Below are positions 38,601 through 50,103 of a stretch of 64,000 bases of DNA, piece after piece. Position 1 is the first letter of the stretch; each line of letters starts with the position of its first letter. Source of the DNA: Klebsormidium nitens (lineage: Eukaryota > Plantae > Klebsormidiophyceae). The translations under genes were made by a program, and so were the position numbers. The stretch is taken from assembly GCA_000708835.1 (NCBI GenBank), contig DF237019.1:124001-188000 (forward strand), given 5' to 3'. Under the pieces are notes generated by a model, which searched no databases, had not been told where the DNA came from, and was given only the letters and a program-made list of their open reading frames with translations.

Positions 38601-39651
38601 AGGGGCACATGCGGTTGATATCAGCAGGAAGGTCCTCATAACTGGAATGCATGATGGACTCACGGCGAAGTTCCGCTTGTGATGCTCAATGCAATGTAAA
38701 AAAAGGTACAAAAGCAAGAGCGCAGCGTTGCGGTATTACCAGTGTTCTCAAGGGAAGCCCATTGGGCTGACATCAGGATATAGCAAGTACTAGTGTACAT
38801 CCTCAATCACTAGCTTTCAGAGTGACACGACTGAAGGTGACCACATCTTCGCATCGGCACTCTCTTCGCTGCTTCCATTTCCAGACCCTCTGAAAAGAAT
38901 ACGATCCTACAAGAATGGCTCTTCTCTTGTCTTGCGGAAGGGCGCTGAGCTGGGCAGCCCCTGAACAGAATGACGACATGTCGACACTCTGCCTCAACCA
39001 GCAGAAGCTGACTACAAGCGCTGCACCAAGCGCAGGGTTTCGCCCATAACGTGCTGCGAAGGGGGGCACTCTGAGGGTACCACCAGAATGTACATTACAG
39101 GCTTTCCTCTGTTCGGAGTTTTTCCACCTTCACGGGCTCATAGGGAACCCTCCCATCAAAAAGCTTCCGCAAGGCATAAGAGGGGCACCGGTAACCAAAG
39201 CTTACAGAAGCTCACCATTCTTGCGCCCCTCATCCGTGTTGCTGCCGTCCCAATAGAACGGATAGTTCACCCCGCTCGGAAGTAGCTCCGGATCAGGGAG
39301 CGCTCTCCACACGGCATCCTCACCAAAGTGCCCACAAGACAATTGGACAGCAATGCGCGTACAAAAGTTGTCGGAAGCTTTTTCTGGGTCCGGATGAAAC
39401 CAGTTCACTCTACCCTTCAGCTTGGGCTGAGCGAATGTACCGTGGATGACCAGAACGTAGTGCGTTTCGTCAGCAGGGTTTGCGTCATTTGTGCGGACTC
39501 CAGTACCGACTGGGAAAATCAGGCGCTCCACGTCAACCACTATCTCGTCTAAGGGCAGCCCATTGACCAATTTGGTTTCGTCAGTGATGGGCTCTGATTT
39601 TGCGTGCGGGGTTGTTTCATTGCTCGTAAGTTCCCTCTTCGCTACTGCCAT
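32690..39651 (-). CDS. Membrane-associated alpha/beta-hydrolase (lipase-like)
   Basis: Exons 39651-39216, 38073-37970, 37452-37226, 34969-34660 and 33748-32690 join in phase. Motifs: LVIHGTFA, FYWDGSNT, nucleophile elbow IHLVAHSHGGNVALK, TVFLGTPF, several hydrophobic helices, and C-terminal LTHATYY (putative catalytic His). Confidence 0.85.
34940..35620 (-). repeat. Six-copy array of a 3' splice site plus first ~27 nt of exon 4 of the hydrolase gene
   Basis: The unit agcgcgttggagatggggctcgtcatgcgcctgc(a/g)gagag...gtcagc recurs with acceptor CAG (plus-strand ctg) at 34970 (real), 35071, 35250, 35371, 35481 and 35592. Confidence 0.92.
36118..36468. mobile_element. 351-bp Mutator-like MITE with about 40-bp imperfect TIRs and a perfect 9-bp TSD
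   Basis: TSD gtaagtggg at 36109-36117 and 36469-36477. TIR gcaagaggcacatagtagccgaactttttccgaaccgatga matches the reverse complement of tcatacggttcggaagaagttcggctactctgtccgttttgc. Confidence 0.85.
37395..37700 (-). repeat. Three copies of the acceptor/5' end of hydrolase exon 3
   Basis: The real start GCGATCGAGCAGTACGTCCAGAAGTTGGAG...GACTGGCCG (37452) is echoed at about 37572 (near-identical) and about 37697 (diverged). Confidence 0.88.
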
Positions 39652-40049
39652 TGCCGTAGCAGCTTAGACAGGAGCAACGTTTAAAAACGCCGCATTGTCC
39701 CTCAACTGAGATTCGTGTCACTAATCCTATAAGGGCTCAGCATACACACTTGATGGCTCTCCATCCCTTCCCAGCCCGCCTTCACTTTTTCACTATTCAG
39801 TCTATTGGAACAGATTCTTCAAACCTTCACCTTTCAATCATGCAAGCAGATCGATCAAGGTTTGCATAATCCACAACGCGCAAGGTGCAGTGGCTCGCGC
39901 AGTGTTGGCTGGGCGTCAAGTTACCTACGCGGGTCCGAAGCGGCGGCCTGGTCAAGTTGCGCGACAGCTGACATGCAATTGAACATGCCGCGCGCCAAAC
40001 CCTTCACATGGTCCTGGCTTCAAACCCGTCGCTTTGATTATATCGGGCA

Positions 40050-40064
40050 TTAGGGTTTTAGGGT
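40050..40064. promoter_or_regulatory. Telomere-like TTAGGG/TTTTAGGG motif (telo-box-like) in a divergent promoter region
   Basis: ttagggttttagggt lies between the head-to-head genes starting at 39651(-) and 40990(+). Confidence 0.3.
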
Positions 40065-40989
40065 ATTTTAGCTCGGCGCACTGACACGCGGCCACTCACA
40101 CGGCCGCTTGATTTCAAATGGCGCGCGGCTCGATCTTAAACCCTGGAGGTTTATTTCCACGTGTCGACGGTGTAGTGCCCGGTACCTTCCGATCGGGTTA
40201 CCCACGGTCCACCGGTAACCGGTTGCACGGTTTATGGGTCACGCTCGGGATTGGCCCGCCAGCTAGGACTAGGACGACAGCTAGGACTCCTAAACTATAA
40301 ACGGACTCAGCCTAGAGTGGCGCCTCGACCAGCCTGGGGAGACCGGGGCCAGAATTGTCGCACCGCCCAGCCTGGCCCAGATCGACCTGTCGCCCGAGGC
40401 GGTGGGCCCTTAGGGGCGCTTTTGCCCCGGGCGGGCCCGTTGAGCTCGCCGTGAGGCTTGGTTTGCGGATAATGTGTAAGGTAATGATATCTCAATTCCC
40501 AAGGTTATCCACTATCGACGGTTTCTAAGATTTAGTATAGGTCATCGGACGGTTTAGAGTGTTGAACGGGGTGGACCCGCGGCCACGGCCGCGCCTCGTA
40601 ACGCCTCCGTTCTAACCCTCCGTTCTTTCCGTCTTATGCCTTGGCACGAGTGTGCATTGATGTCTCACAAACAGCGCAAGTGGAGGGCTCCAGCGAATTA
40701 CGCGGCGCACGTATGACCTATGATTGGCTTCCACCGGATTGAAACCCGACTCTCTCACATGCATACTAGAAGTACTGCAGTCTAGTAAACATGGTCAGCG
40801 AAGTCTGACAAGTTCGGGCCCCGGCTCATTCGCCTTTATGCCAGCTCACTGCAGCTCAGCACAGTCGACTTTCACCTATAAGAAGCGACAACCCAGCTCC
40901 TCACTGCCCCATTCTTTCTTCGTTGACACTTCCAGCTTCCAAGCATTTCTCTTCAAAGCATCGCTTCCGCATTTCCTCCGCCTGTCACC

Positions 40990-43900
40990 ATGGCTCCCCG
41001 CCTGCTCACTGCCGCGCTCCTCCTCACCCTCTTCGCGGTGTCTGCTTTCGCCAACGACTGCGAGATATGCCGCGCCAGCAACCCGAGTGACTGCGACCGC
41101 GGCGGTGTGGCCACTCTCAACGGGAACCCAAATTACATCCAAGTGAGCTGGCCGACTCGATTCAAACTTCGATCCAGCTTTTGTTCTCTGGCTTGAGCAC
41201 TTTGTTCCCAAGTCTGAGTCGCGGCTAATACTACTCACTGCTCAAGCACCTGCTTGTCTTGGTATTTCATTACTTTCAGCCAGCTGGGAGTACGTACGGA
41301 ATCTATTGGCCGACTCGGGTCCAGCCAACCTTCCAGCTTTTGTTCACTAGCCTGACTACTTTTGTTTTCAAGGTCTATGTTGCTGACTCTAATTACTGCT
41401 TCAAGCACCTGCTTCTCTTGGGTAGTCCACTACTTGCAGCGAGCTGGGAACAATTAAGGGAAACCCATTGACTTGCTGAAGTTCGTGGGCTTATACCACG
41501 CAGCTGCTCCCGCAATTTTGTGACTGTACTGAAACCTAGATTGGGAGAAATCTATGAGCTAAAAATCTGCCCCACTTCTGCATAAGGTCTAAGCGGTACT
41601 CAGTACTCAGCTTGACCCCTGTAGCTGCAAATATTTTCAAGCCCCTCTGTTTCCAATGGCCCCTTCGAACGTTTTCCTTCTGACTGATATCACCCAACGA
41701 CAGACTCTGACAGTACTTAGTTGGACCCATAGAGCTGCATAAGCTTACCTCTGCTTTTAATGGCCCCCTCCAAATTTGACACAACAACAGTCTCTGACAA
41801 TCCATCTTTACCCTCTCAGACTTTGACACAACAAAAGACTAACAGTCTAATCCCTACCTTTCTGCAGGGCCATGGTGTTACCTCATGCGCCCAGGCCTAC
41901 CAGTACGTCACCTGCGGCGACTGCAAGAACGGCCAGGGCATAAAGATTGATGACTGCTGCACGTTGGCATGCAAGGACGAGGGACAGGGCAACGTGAAGG
42001 CGCACTGCCTGTGCGGCCCCCCTAAGGATAACCCTGGGGCAGACCACGACGGTCAGCAAACCCCAGTCACGACTGGCGCCTGTGCCGGTGAGTTGTTCTG
42101 GTCTTTGTTTTCTTTGTGGGTTTAGGAAGGGGTTTCGATGACTATGCCAGTTGAAGCACAGTGGTAGGAGGTACACAGTGGAAATGCAAAGCTCAGACGT
42201 AGGAGCTTGTGCTTTCTTATCAGAGGGGATCATTGGGGTTGAGTGGTAGGACTGCTACATCTTGTCAAAGTTTTTTGCAATCTGTTCAGATTAAATCACT
42301 CCCTGTGGGTTTGACAAGCTGGTCAGCCAATAAGTTACTTCCATTCTCTGGTTCGTTGATGCAATACACTCGACCTTTGTGGCTGGACTTTGAAAGGAGC
42401 TTTCTGTAGGGGGCATGCAGATTCTGAGATGCAAGCTTACCCAAAGGTTTCTGGACTTTGAAAGGAGCTTTCTGTAGGGGGCATGCAGATTCTGAGATGC
42501 AGGCTTACCCAAAGGTTTCTTTGGTGTAGGCTTTCTTCAAAATGGCCTCACTTCAAAATCCTGAAGTTCCTCTTTACTTTCCCCTACAGACCCCCACTTC
42601 CGCGGCGCTTTCGGCATCCAGTACGACTTCCATGGCCTACCTGGTGAGCCCCTTGCTAGTTCACCTCTGTATTAACCAGTTTGGGCTGATCTGCAAGGCG
42701 AGTTTTCTTGTGACTCTGGTTCAGATCCAATTTGTATCACCTGATATTCGCAAGATTGTGGGCAACCATATAGCAATCAATTTGGGCTAATCAGCAAGGC
42801 AAAGTTTCTTGTCACTCTGGTTCAGATTCAGTTTGTATTACAAAAATTTCAGAGAATTGTGGGCACCCATTGATATAGTCTATGCCTTAGTACCAGTCAC
42901 TCGAGCGAAGGCTGAGCAAGTTTTGACTGGCTGTCTTTCGACGTGCACCCCTAGCCCAGTCTCAATTGTTGTTCATGCTTCTAACCTAGTTCATGTTCAA
43001 GCTGTCTGCCAACCCATTTGCATATACGCAAATCTGTGTGTGACCCAGTCCACCATTTGCTTCAGCCTCGGAGCTCTTATCTCCTTCGTGAGGAGTTTCG
43101 CTCTTACCCTTCGTGAGGAGTTTCGCTCTTGTACCTTTCGTCAGGTAGAAACTCCTCAACCTGAATCCCGATTCCGCAGTCTCTAAGGACAGTACAAAGT
43201 CCAACCTGATACTCGACCAGGACCTAAGCATGTACCGCCCCTTTCCAAAAGAAACCCTCTCCCTTGTGGCAGTTCAATCTTCCTCTTACTAACCTCCAAT
43301 CCTTTTGCCTCAAAGACAGAGACTTCAACCTGACCTCTCCTCCCTCGCCAGTTCATTCTCCCCTCGACTAATCCCCAGTCTCTTTTCCCTCCGCAGACAG
43401 AGACTTCACCCTGACCTCTCCTCCTTCGGCAGTTCAACCTTCCTCCGACTAACCTCTAGTTTTTATCTCCTCGCAGACAGAGACTTCAACCTGATCACCG
43501 ACCAAGGCCTGACCATGAACGCGCACTTCATCGGGCAGGACGGCCTCGAGACCGGCTTCGACGGCACCTGGATGTCCGCCCTCGGCTTCATGTGGGCCGA
43601 GAAGGGCGCGGTCCGCTCCGCCACATTCACGGTCAAGGAGGTGGGCTTCTCGTCGCATGCGTAACGCGTCCCTTTCCGTTGTAAAGCAGCCACAGCGATG
43701 CTGCGTGTACGGGCTTCTCCTGTAAATATTTGATCGGTTACGTTGTAAACCAGTCACAGCAATTCCTTGTGTACGGGCTTCTTCTGTGAACATTTGATTG
43801 GATACAGTCATTATAGATTTCGGCCACTCGAGAAAAGTCTGTACACCAGGTTTCTAGCTTTGTCATAACATTCGGTCCGATGTGATGTGATTCAGCCCTC

Positions 43901-45220
43901 AAGAACGTCTGGGTACAAGTTCACGCCTCTCTTGGAAAGCTCTGCCTTTCCCTTCGAAGAAGCTTCTTTATCCTGGAGACGAGCTTGCGTCTTGCGTCGT
44001 GCCCTCCCAGTAACCCTACATCTGACTAGACACCCTACCCGTCTGCAGGGCTCCGCCGCGTTCACCGAATCCGCGCCGTTCGTCATCGAGATAGACGGCC
44101 AGGAGCTGCACCCCGAGTCCTTCCTCGCCTCCGTCCAGAGCCAGGAGGCAATCCTCTTCGAAGACGAGGGCCTCTCCATCAAGGTCGCGCCGTTTGCCTA
44201 CTCGTTCCGCGTCAGCATCCGCGAGCACATTGACATCATCGTGACGGCAGCAACCCACGAGCACCCCGCGGGCAACCACATCGACATCGGGATCAGCAAG
44301 CTCAACGTCACTGGTGCGTCATCGCGCCCGCTCGTCTTTTGGCCACTTTCTCAAAAGACGACGCTTGTATTGTTTGTACGCAATTTCTGTCAAGGGTTGA
44401 CACATCAAGTTGATGGCTGAATCGGGTTCCCATTACTGCGGTTAGCGTTACTTCGGTCAGATCAGCAGGAATCCGTGGACTTTTTGGATCTGTCGACTGG
44501 GGCTGACTTGGCTGGCTGAATCGCTTCACGCTTCGATATTGCTCTGCCAGATTGAGACATTGTAGCCCTCATGTGCCCTCAACACAAGCTTAGCTTTGCT
44601 TCCGCTTCTGTCTCTGAGTCTTACCTCTCGTCTGCGGCTACCAGTCAAATACGATGTGTCGTCTGCCTTTCTCTCTACCAGCGTTGGGCAGCTTTCTTTC
44701 TTACTCGGAGCGCGAATCTACCTGCACCTCGCTTTACCCTTGCGCTTTTGAGTTGTCTATCTCTTTTCTCACGTGTCTATTCCTCCCTTCGTGCGGGCAC
44801 CGTCCACAGAGCGCTCGGCCATCCATCTATCCGTCGTTCCTCGTCAAGCTTTCATTTTTCTCACCCTGTCTAGTTCTTCCCCTTCGTGCAGGCACCGTCC
44901 ACGGCGCTCTCGGCCAGACCTTCGCCGCGCACCGCGCCGAGGCGCTCAAGGCCGCGGCCGCCATAGCCGGGAGCGACATCAAGTTCGACGCGGCTGACGT
45001 CATCGAGGGCAAGGACGTCGACTACATGACGACATCCCTGCTCAGCACCGACTTCGTGTACAACCGCTTCAAGCCCATGCACGCCGGCCCCTTCTCCAAG
45101 ATCAACGTCATCGCGCGCAAGCTGCTGCGCCTCTCGACCGTCGATCAGACGGAATCGACGGTGGATGGCGAGCTGGCGTGCAAGAACATGCGCGGCGGGG
45201 GGCTTGTGTGCTTCAGCTAG
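40990..45220 (+). CDS. Secreted root-cap/late-embryogenesis-related (VWD-like) protein with Cys-rich N-terminal domain
   Basis: Exons 40990-41142, 41868-42087, 42590-42643, 43477-43640, 44049-44313 and 44892-45220. Signal peptide MAPRLLTAALLLTLFAVSAFA. Family motifs DPHFRGAFGIQYDFHG, DRDFNLITDQGLTMNAHFIG, TWMSALG and VHGALGQT. Confidence 0.85.
41150..41450. repeat. Diverged about 160-bp tandem duplication in intron 1 of the root-cap gene
   Basis: tggccgactcg...ccagcttttgttc...caagcacctgctt...agctggga occurs twice. Confidence 0.75.
42383..42518. repeat. 68-bp near-perfect tandem duplication in intron 2 of the root-cap gene
   Basis: ctggactttgaaaggagctttctgtagggggcatgcagattctgagatgca(a/g)gcttacccaaaggttt starts at 42383 and 42451, with one mismatch. 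Confidence 0.95.
42680..42870. repeat. About 101-bp diverged tandem duplication in intron 3 of the root-cap gene
   Basis: tttgggct(g/a)atc(t/a)gcaaggc...cttgt(g/c)actctggttcagat...attgtgggca starts at 42680 and 42781. Confidence 0.85.
43310..43500 (+). repeat. Three 80-bp-period copies of the acceptor plus exon-4 start of the root-cap gene
   Basis: agacagagacttca(a/c)cctga follows AG at 43316, 43396 and 43476 (real). The CT-rich tract and ctaa(c/t) branch motif are repeated. Confidence 0.9.
44786..44917 (+). repeat. Duplicate of the acceptor plus exon-6 start of the root-cap gene
   Basis: cccttcgtgcgggcaccgtccacagagcgctcggcca (44786-) versus the real cccttcgtgcaggcaccgtccacggcgctctcggcca (44880-). 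The copy has lost the AG. Confidence 0.85.
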
Positions 45221-46648
45221 AACAGTCAAGGGAGTGTTCCCAGAAGAGTGGAAGCAGATTCGAGAGCCCAAGTGGATCTTGAATTATCCGCTCACGCTCA
45301 GTACTGTAATTTCGCCCAGGGTCAAGTGTAGTGTGATGAGCCGTTGTAAACGAGAAATTGTGGCTTTAGATTAGTATCCAAAGCCGCTGCCAACGGTCTA
45401 AAAGTCTTGTCGCTTTGAGGTACAGTGTATATTGGGTGGTTGAGGAGTGGTTGAAGAGAGCAGCAAGATGAGCTGGCTTTCAGACGAACGCCTGTAAGCT
45501 AGAGTACACGTCAATGGCCCGTGCCGCATTCGCGTGCACATTCCCGTAAAGGATCAACGGACAGCCAGTCTAGTTAGGAGGACTGAGAACAACTGCCAGC
45601 CTCCAAGTAGAACCATACCGTACAGACCGCCAGATGACCTCTAAACACGCACTCTCATGTGCCCTACCGCCTAGTTTGAATTTGATTTCTCCTTGTCGGT
45701 ATTCGTGTCCACCGCTCAGTGGAGCTCGTCCTGTTTTGATTGCTCAAGGTTTTCAATAAGTCAGACCTCCTTGAAGTGGCAAGTACATTCGCCGCTTGAA
45801 TGCATGTTCAAGCTCCCGCAAAGTTTTGTCATGCCTTGGCAATGCTGAATGCGCACTGTTCAATTCTTATGCACGTTCTTATCTCAAGTGAACGGGTAAG
45901 CGGTAAAGCGGAACCTGCATGTCCAAGTAGCGCACCATGGGTCAGCGTAGCTATTCAGCCAAAGCCAGTGTCGATTATGTAATAGAGAAATAGATGTTAT
46001 AAGATGGCTTGATTTAACATACTTCCTCGGGCCCAAGGCCATCTCTTTATTTGAATTTCGATGATCGACTCACTCACGAGTCAATATCGCTCGTGAGCTG
46101 ATACTATAGCTATAGCGAGAGTTCTGAGATACGTACAAGTATGAGGACCGGCTCTTAAGTTTACAGGATATAAGCCTAAAAGTTGTCCGCTCGAAGTAGA
46201 ATCAGTCCACATTAGCTCGTGGGCAAGTCTGTTCTGCGATTTTGCTGATCACAATCGAATCTCAATGTTTTTCAGAGTATTTGTCCAATTCATATGTCTT
46301 TGCCGCACATTTGGATCGTGTGAGCGCCGTCAGCTGTGCTGGGTTTAACATGACGTCCAGTGCAACAGATGTACTATATACGATTCTGCCATAGGCTCAT
46401 TCACGGCTATAAGTAAGGAAATCAAACGGCCGTTTAATCCGGATGCATAACCACCAAGGTCGGGCCGGACCTGACACGCATACTTCTTAGCTTGACAAAG
46501 GCAATGCAACTGATATACGTGCAACGACTCCGACCAAGTTGAGATTGATCTGGACTATACGCGACTGATTCAAAAACGCTGAACAGAAATTGCAATGTCA
46601 AGGAAAACCTCTTCAAATGTCAATCGAACCAGTTGCTTCCAAGAGGCG

Positions 46649-49170
46649 CTACTCTCGATATCGACGGGCCAAGAGCTTAATGTTTAGAGTACCGTTAGAG
46701 GCTAAGTATATAGACGATGTCCTGACTTCGTCCCAAGACGCGCCAAGAACGTCACGTTTACCTCTGCTACCACTAGCACCATATTTATAGGTATGTTCGT
46801 ACAGCAACTTCCAGTAGCCCTCTGGCCAAAACCTCACATAGAAAGCGTACCGAACTCTCTCTGTTTTGAGTAAATCCCGGCAGTCTTCAAGCGATGTAAG
46901 CAATGCATTGATAATCTCGGAAGAAAGAATAAGATCTACAGTTGCCTGGCCCTTTCGGCCGCATCGCTTCAAAGAAATGCGCCACTTCCTCCCAAACCAG
47001 ACAGCAGCGGGTGAAATTCGAGCGGTCCCCTCTTCGTCCAACACGAAGTTCTCCACAATCTCCAAAGTAACGTCTCGAACGCCCTTTCTCTCACGAGTTC
47101 GTTCTCCTCGCATTTCGAGTCTTCTCTCATCAGAGTAGGCTCGGAACCGAAGAGCGTCGTTGATCAGCGTTTCCGTGGCTTTTGCTTGCATCTCTGGAAC
47201 AGAAAGTAACTCCTCCAAATACTCCCCTCTCAGACACAAGAACCTAATCAGCGGTGACAGCTGGCTCACCACACGACATCTTTCTTCCAGAGACTCGTAC
47301 TGTTCTCCAACCCAAGCCAACAGCCTTTGAAGAATCTCCTCTTCGGAGTCAGCTTCAAGCTCCTCGGACCGCAACAAGATCTCAACCACCTCTAGATCTA
47401 TGCGCAGAAACGCTTCCGTACCCCACTTATTGCTAACGTCCCTGAACATTTTCACAATGAGCGCGCGCGCCTCATCGACCACTTTTCACACCTGAGGGAG
47501 TTGCAAAAGCGACTGTGGCATGTGGTTTGCAAGCAGCGCGCATTCTGGAATGCTGAGCATCCGTTGGTCTAAACACTTGAGGACTGCTCCAATCAGAGAA
47601 GGGACTTCGAACTTGTCGCCCACAAGAAGCAGCCCCACAAGTTCGCGCACATCGGTGGCCCGGTCAAGGAACCGGGTGGACAGGCTGCCGGCGTAGAGGA
47701 AGTGGAGCATCTCCTTGAAAGCCATTTTTTCTGCAGAAGCAGTAGCAGAGATTATGTTGGGTATCAATACTCAGGGTTGAGGGAGTGCCTGAAGGAATCA
47801 GAAGGGGGAAAGGGATAGGCTTGTGAATCTGTTTGACAGGGTGGCGGGGGCAGAGAATGAATGGTGCGTCTCCTTCCTTGCCGCCTTTTGCAGACGGGTC
47901 ACAACAATTCTTAATTGTCTGCACAGTTGCAACAGGTCTCTCTAACAACGAGCGAGGACAAAGTCAACCACTGAGCGGTCTCTGTGGCATCGCAAAAGGG
48001 GGTCCAACGAACCTTTCAGCCTCTGATTGAGAGTGAGCCAGTCTATAATAGGACACGTCTGATTGAACCTAATCCTCCATGCCGAACCAGAGACTCTACT
48101 TGCCCAGATTCCTTCCGTTCTGCAGCTAGAGCAACCCTTAGCTAAGCCGATACGTGCTGAAGGACCTACCGGCAAGAGGCGTTGAGGCCCTTCTGATCGG
48201 ATTAGGTGAGGTACTGTTTGATGTCAAAACAACAGTGAAAACGGAAGTTGAAATAAGTAGGGATATGCATGATCTTTCTCACCCTCTTCAGTGACCTTGA
48301 GCACCACAGGCGCGCTTGCGTCCGATTCTTTCATCCCGTTGGACAGCATCGTCCGAAGCACGCGGCTCTTGGCAGCGAGCACGATCGAACTGATGGGAAT
48401 CTCTTCGCTTGCGCCCGCCCCCGACGCAGCCACTCCAGGCGGTCCCACGCTCGTCGCAGCATCTGAAGCCTCCAGTTCTGTGGGGGAAAAGGCCGGAGAG
48501 CTGTTGTACAAACGTTGCAGACTGGCTGGGCTTTCGAACCTGTAAAGTAGCATGCTCAATGCTACTTATTGCAATGGGGTTTCTAGGTTCCCATATGCTG
48601 ATTGAAGGTCAGATAATAAAAATGCCTATGTGTAGAGGGCGTCAAAACTTTTGAGCTCCCGCTAAGAGGCATGCTCTCAGTGAACACTGAGTTGCCCTAT
48701 CAGTGCACTAATTTGACGGTACATGCTGAGGAGCCCCACAGCTTATTTCCTGGATGCGGTGTCCCAACTTTTCTCTTGTACAAGTGACTAAACTCAAGGT
48801 GAGTCAAAAGGATTGACAGTCTAAGGATACATGTTCTGAGAAGCACTTCCAGCGAAAATAGAAACATGGTCAAGCTGAAGTCCCTCCTTCAAACAAGTGA
48901 CCTTGCCCTTTCAAAGGGTGAGGGGTCCTTTCCGGGCGTTGCTATGCAAAAGCTAGCCTTTGATTCTGGGTCTGTGGCTGTAAACCATAGCCGATGTCCC
49001 TAGCTAGTTTCTCTGGCGCATCGTCTCCGGGGTAGACCTTGTGAAGTTCCCGACCACCTGCCTCGGATTGCAAACTATTGGGAAGCACCAGCAAGATTGC
49101 CCTCACCTTTCTTGCCCTCAGTCAGAATCTCCAGCCGTAACCTTCGGTCGCAGAACTCCACCTTTCTGCA
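46649..49170 (-). pseudogene. BTB/POZ-BACK protein (POB1-like family) with an in-frame TGA; probable pseudogene
   Basis: Motifs: EFCDRRLRLEIL (about 49160-49110), IPISSIVLAAKSRVLRTMLSNGMKES (48539-48283), AFKEMLHFLYAG...GDKFEV, and BACK-like LLRSEELEADSEEEI...LSPLIRF. The exon from 47730 reads PQV*KVVDEAR, with TGA at 47488-47486 in the same frame as the downstream ORF. Confidence 0.75.
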
Positions 49171-50029
49171 TCATTGTACAGAGAAAAGAAGTGTTTTTGG
49201 CTGAAGCACAGGTCGGGACTTCTGGTCCACAGAAGGTTGTGATGGCCCTCTAGGATCTATCTAAGTTTTCCAACATACGGTCAGTATAGTAACAACAGCT
49301 TTCCAAACGCTGTCTTTTCCACGTCAATACTTGGCCCCAGTCACTGATACACTCTCTGCAAGGGAAAACAGCAGGCAAGCCAGTTGTTACTCATCTGCTT
49401 AGCTGCCAACTGTTGCTGCTCACCTGTAAAATGATATGAAGTCAAAGTAGTGGCCTTCCTCATCAATGGCTGCTGCCAGCATTGAGGACCGCGCTTCTTC
49501 CTCCGCCATATTTTCAATTCTGAGCAGCGTGTGCGGGTCAAGAATAGGCAAAACTCTACATCCTACATTCTAGAATCTGAACTTGGACTATACAGGCTGT
49601 CACACTGCGCTTAGAGTACTCAGATATATTTCACCTTTTGTTTCCTTGGTTCAATCTGTGGCAGCGCATCACAGATAAGCAAGCTCAATGCAAACGGATG
49701 AGCCCCGTTGGTGTATGTTGCACTTAGCTATGCTGACCAGCATTTTGTATAAGCTGCTGATCCTGTCGCCTGCAAAGAGTGCGAGGACAGGTCTCTCTTC
49801 CCACCAGCTTTCCAATCTGCCTCCCTTGTTCCCAATAACAGAAGTCCTTCAGTCAATCCACATCCACAATTCACACTGGACGTATTATGAAGGAAAGACA
49901 GCAGCTGAGAAAGATGTCGAACTGTGAGCCCTGTTGCCAGTGCAGTGCAAGACCACCATTTGATTCTCCCAGCTGTGTTGTGTAAATGCTTGATACATTT
50001 TAACTGTGGCAGTCAGTTCATAACTACGA

Positions 50030-50103
50030 GAGGATATAGCTCAGCGGTTTAGAGCTTTCGACTGCAGATCGAAGGGTCCCCGGTTCGATTCCGGGTGTCC
50101 TCT
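50030..50103 (+). tRNA. trnC-GCA: tRNA-Cys (anticodon GCA), intronless
   Basis: Acceptor GAGGATA/TGTCCTC, D-arm GCTC/GAGC, anticodon arm TTCGA-CTGCAGA-TCGAA, T-arm CCCGG-TTCGATT-CCGGG. A T-rich terminator follows. Confidence 0.95.

Noticed and set aside
47486-47488. Selenocysteine recoding of the BTB-BACK TGA
   Set aside because: The position is not a Cys/redox site in this family and I could not identify a SECIS-like element.
49160-49185. Apparent 8-nt frameshift near the BTB gene start (FSLYNDAE / EFCDR)
   Set aside because: The same sequence reads equally well as a pyrimidine tract plus CAG acceptor, so it is not counted as a second lesion.
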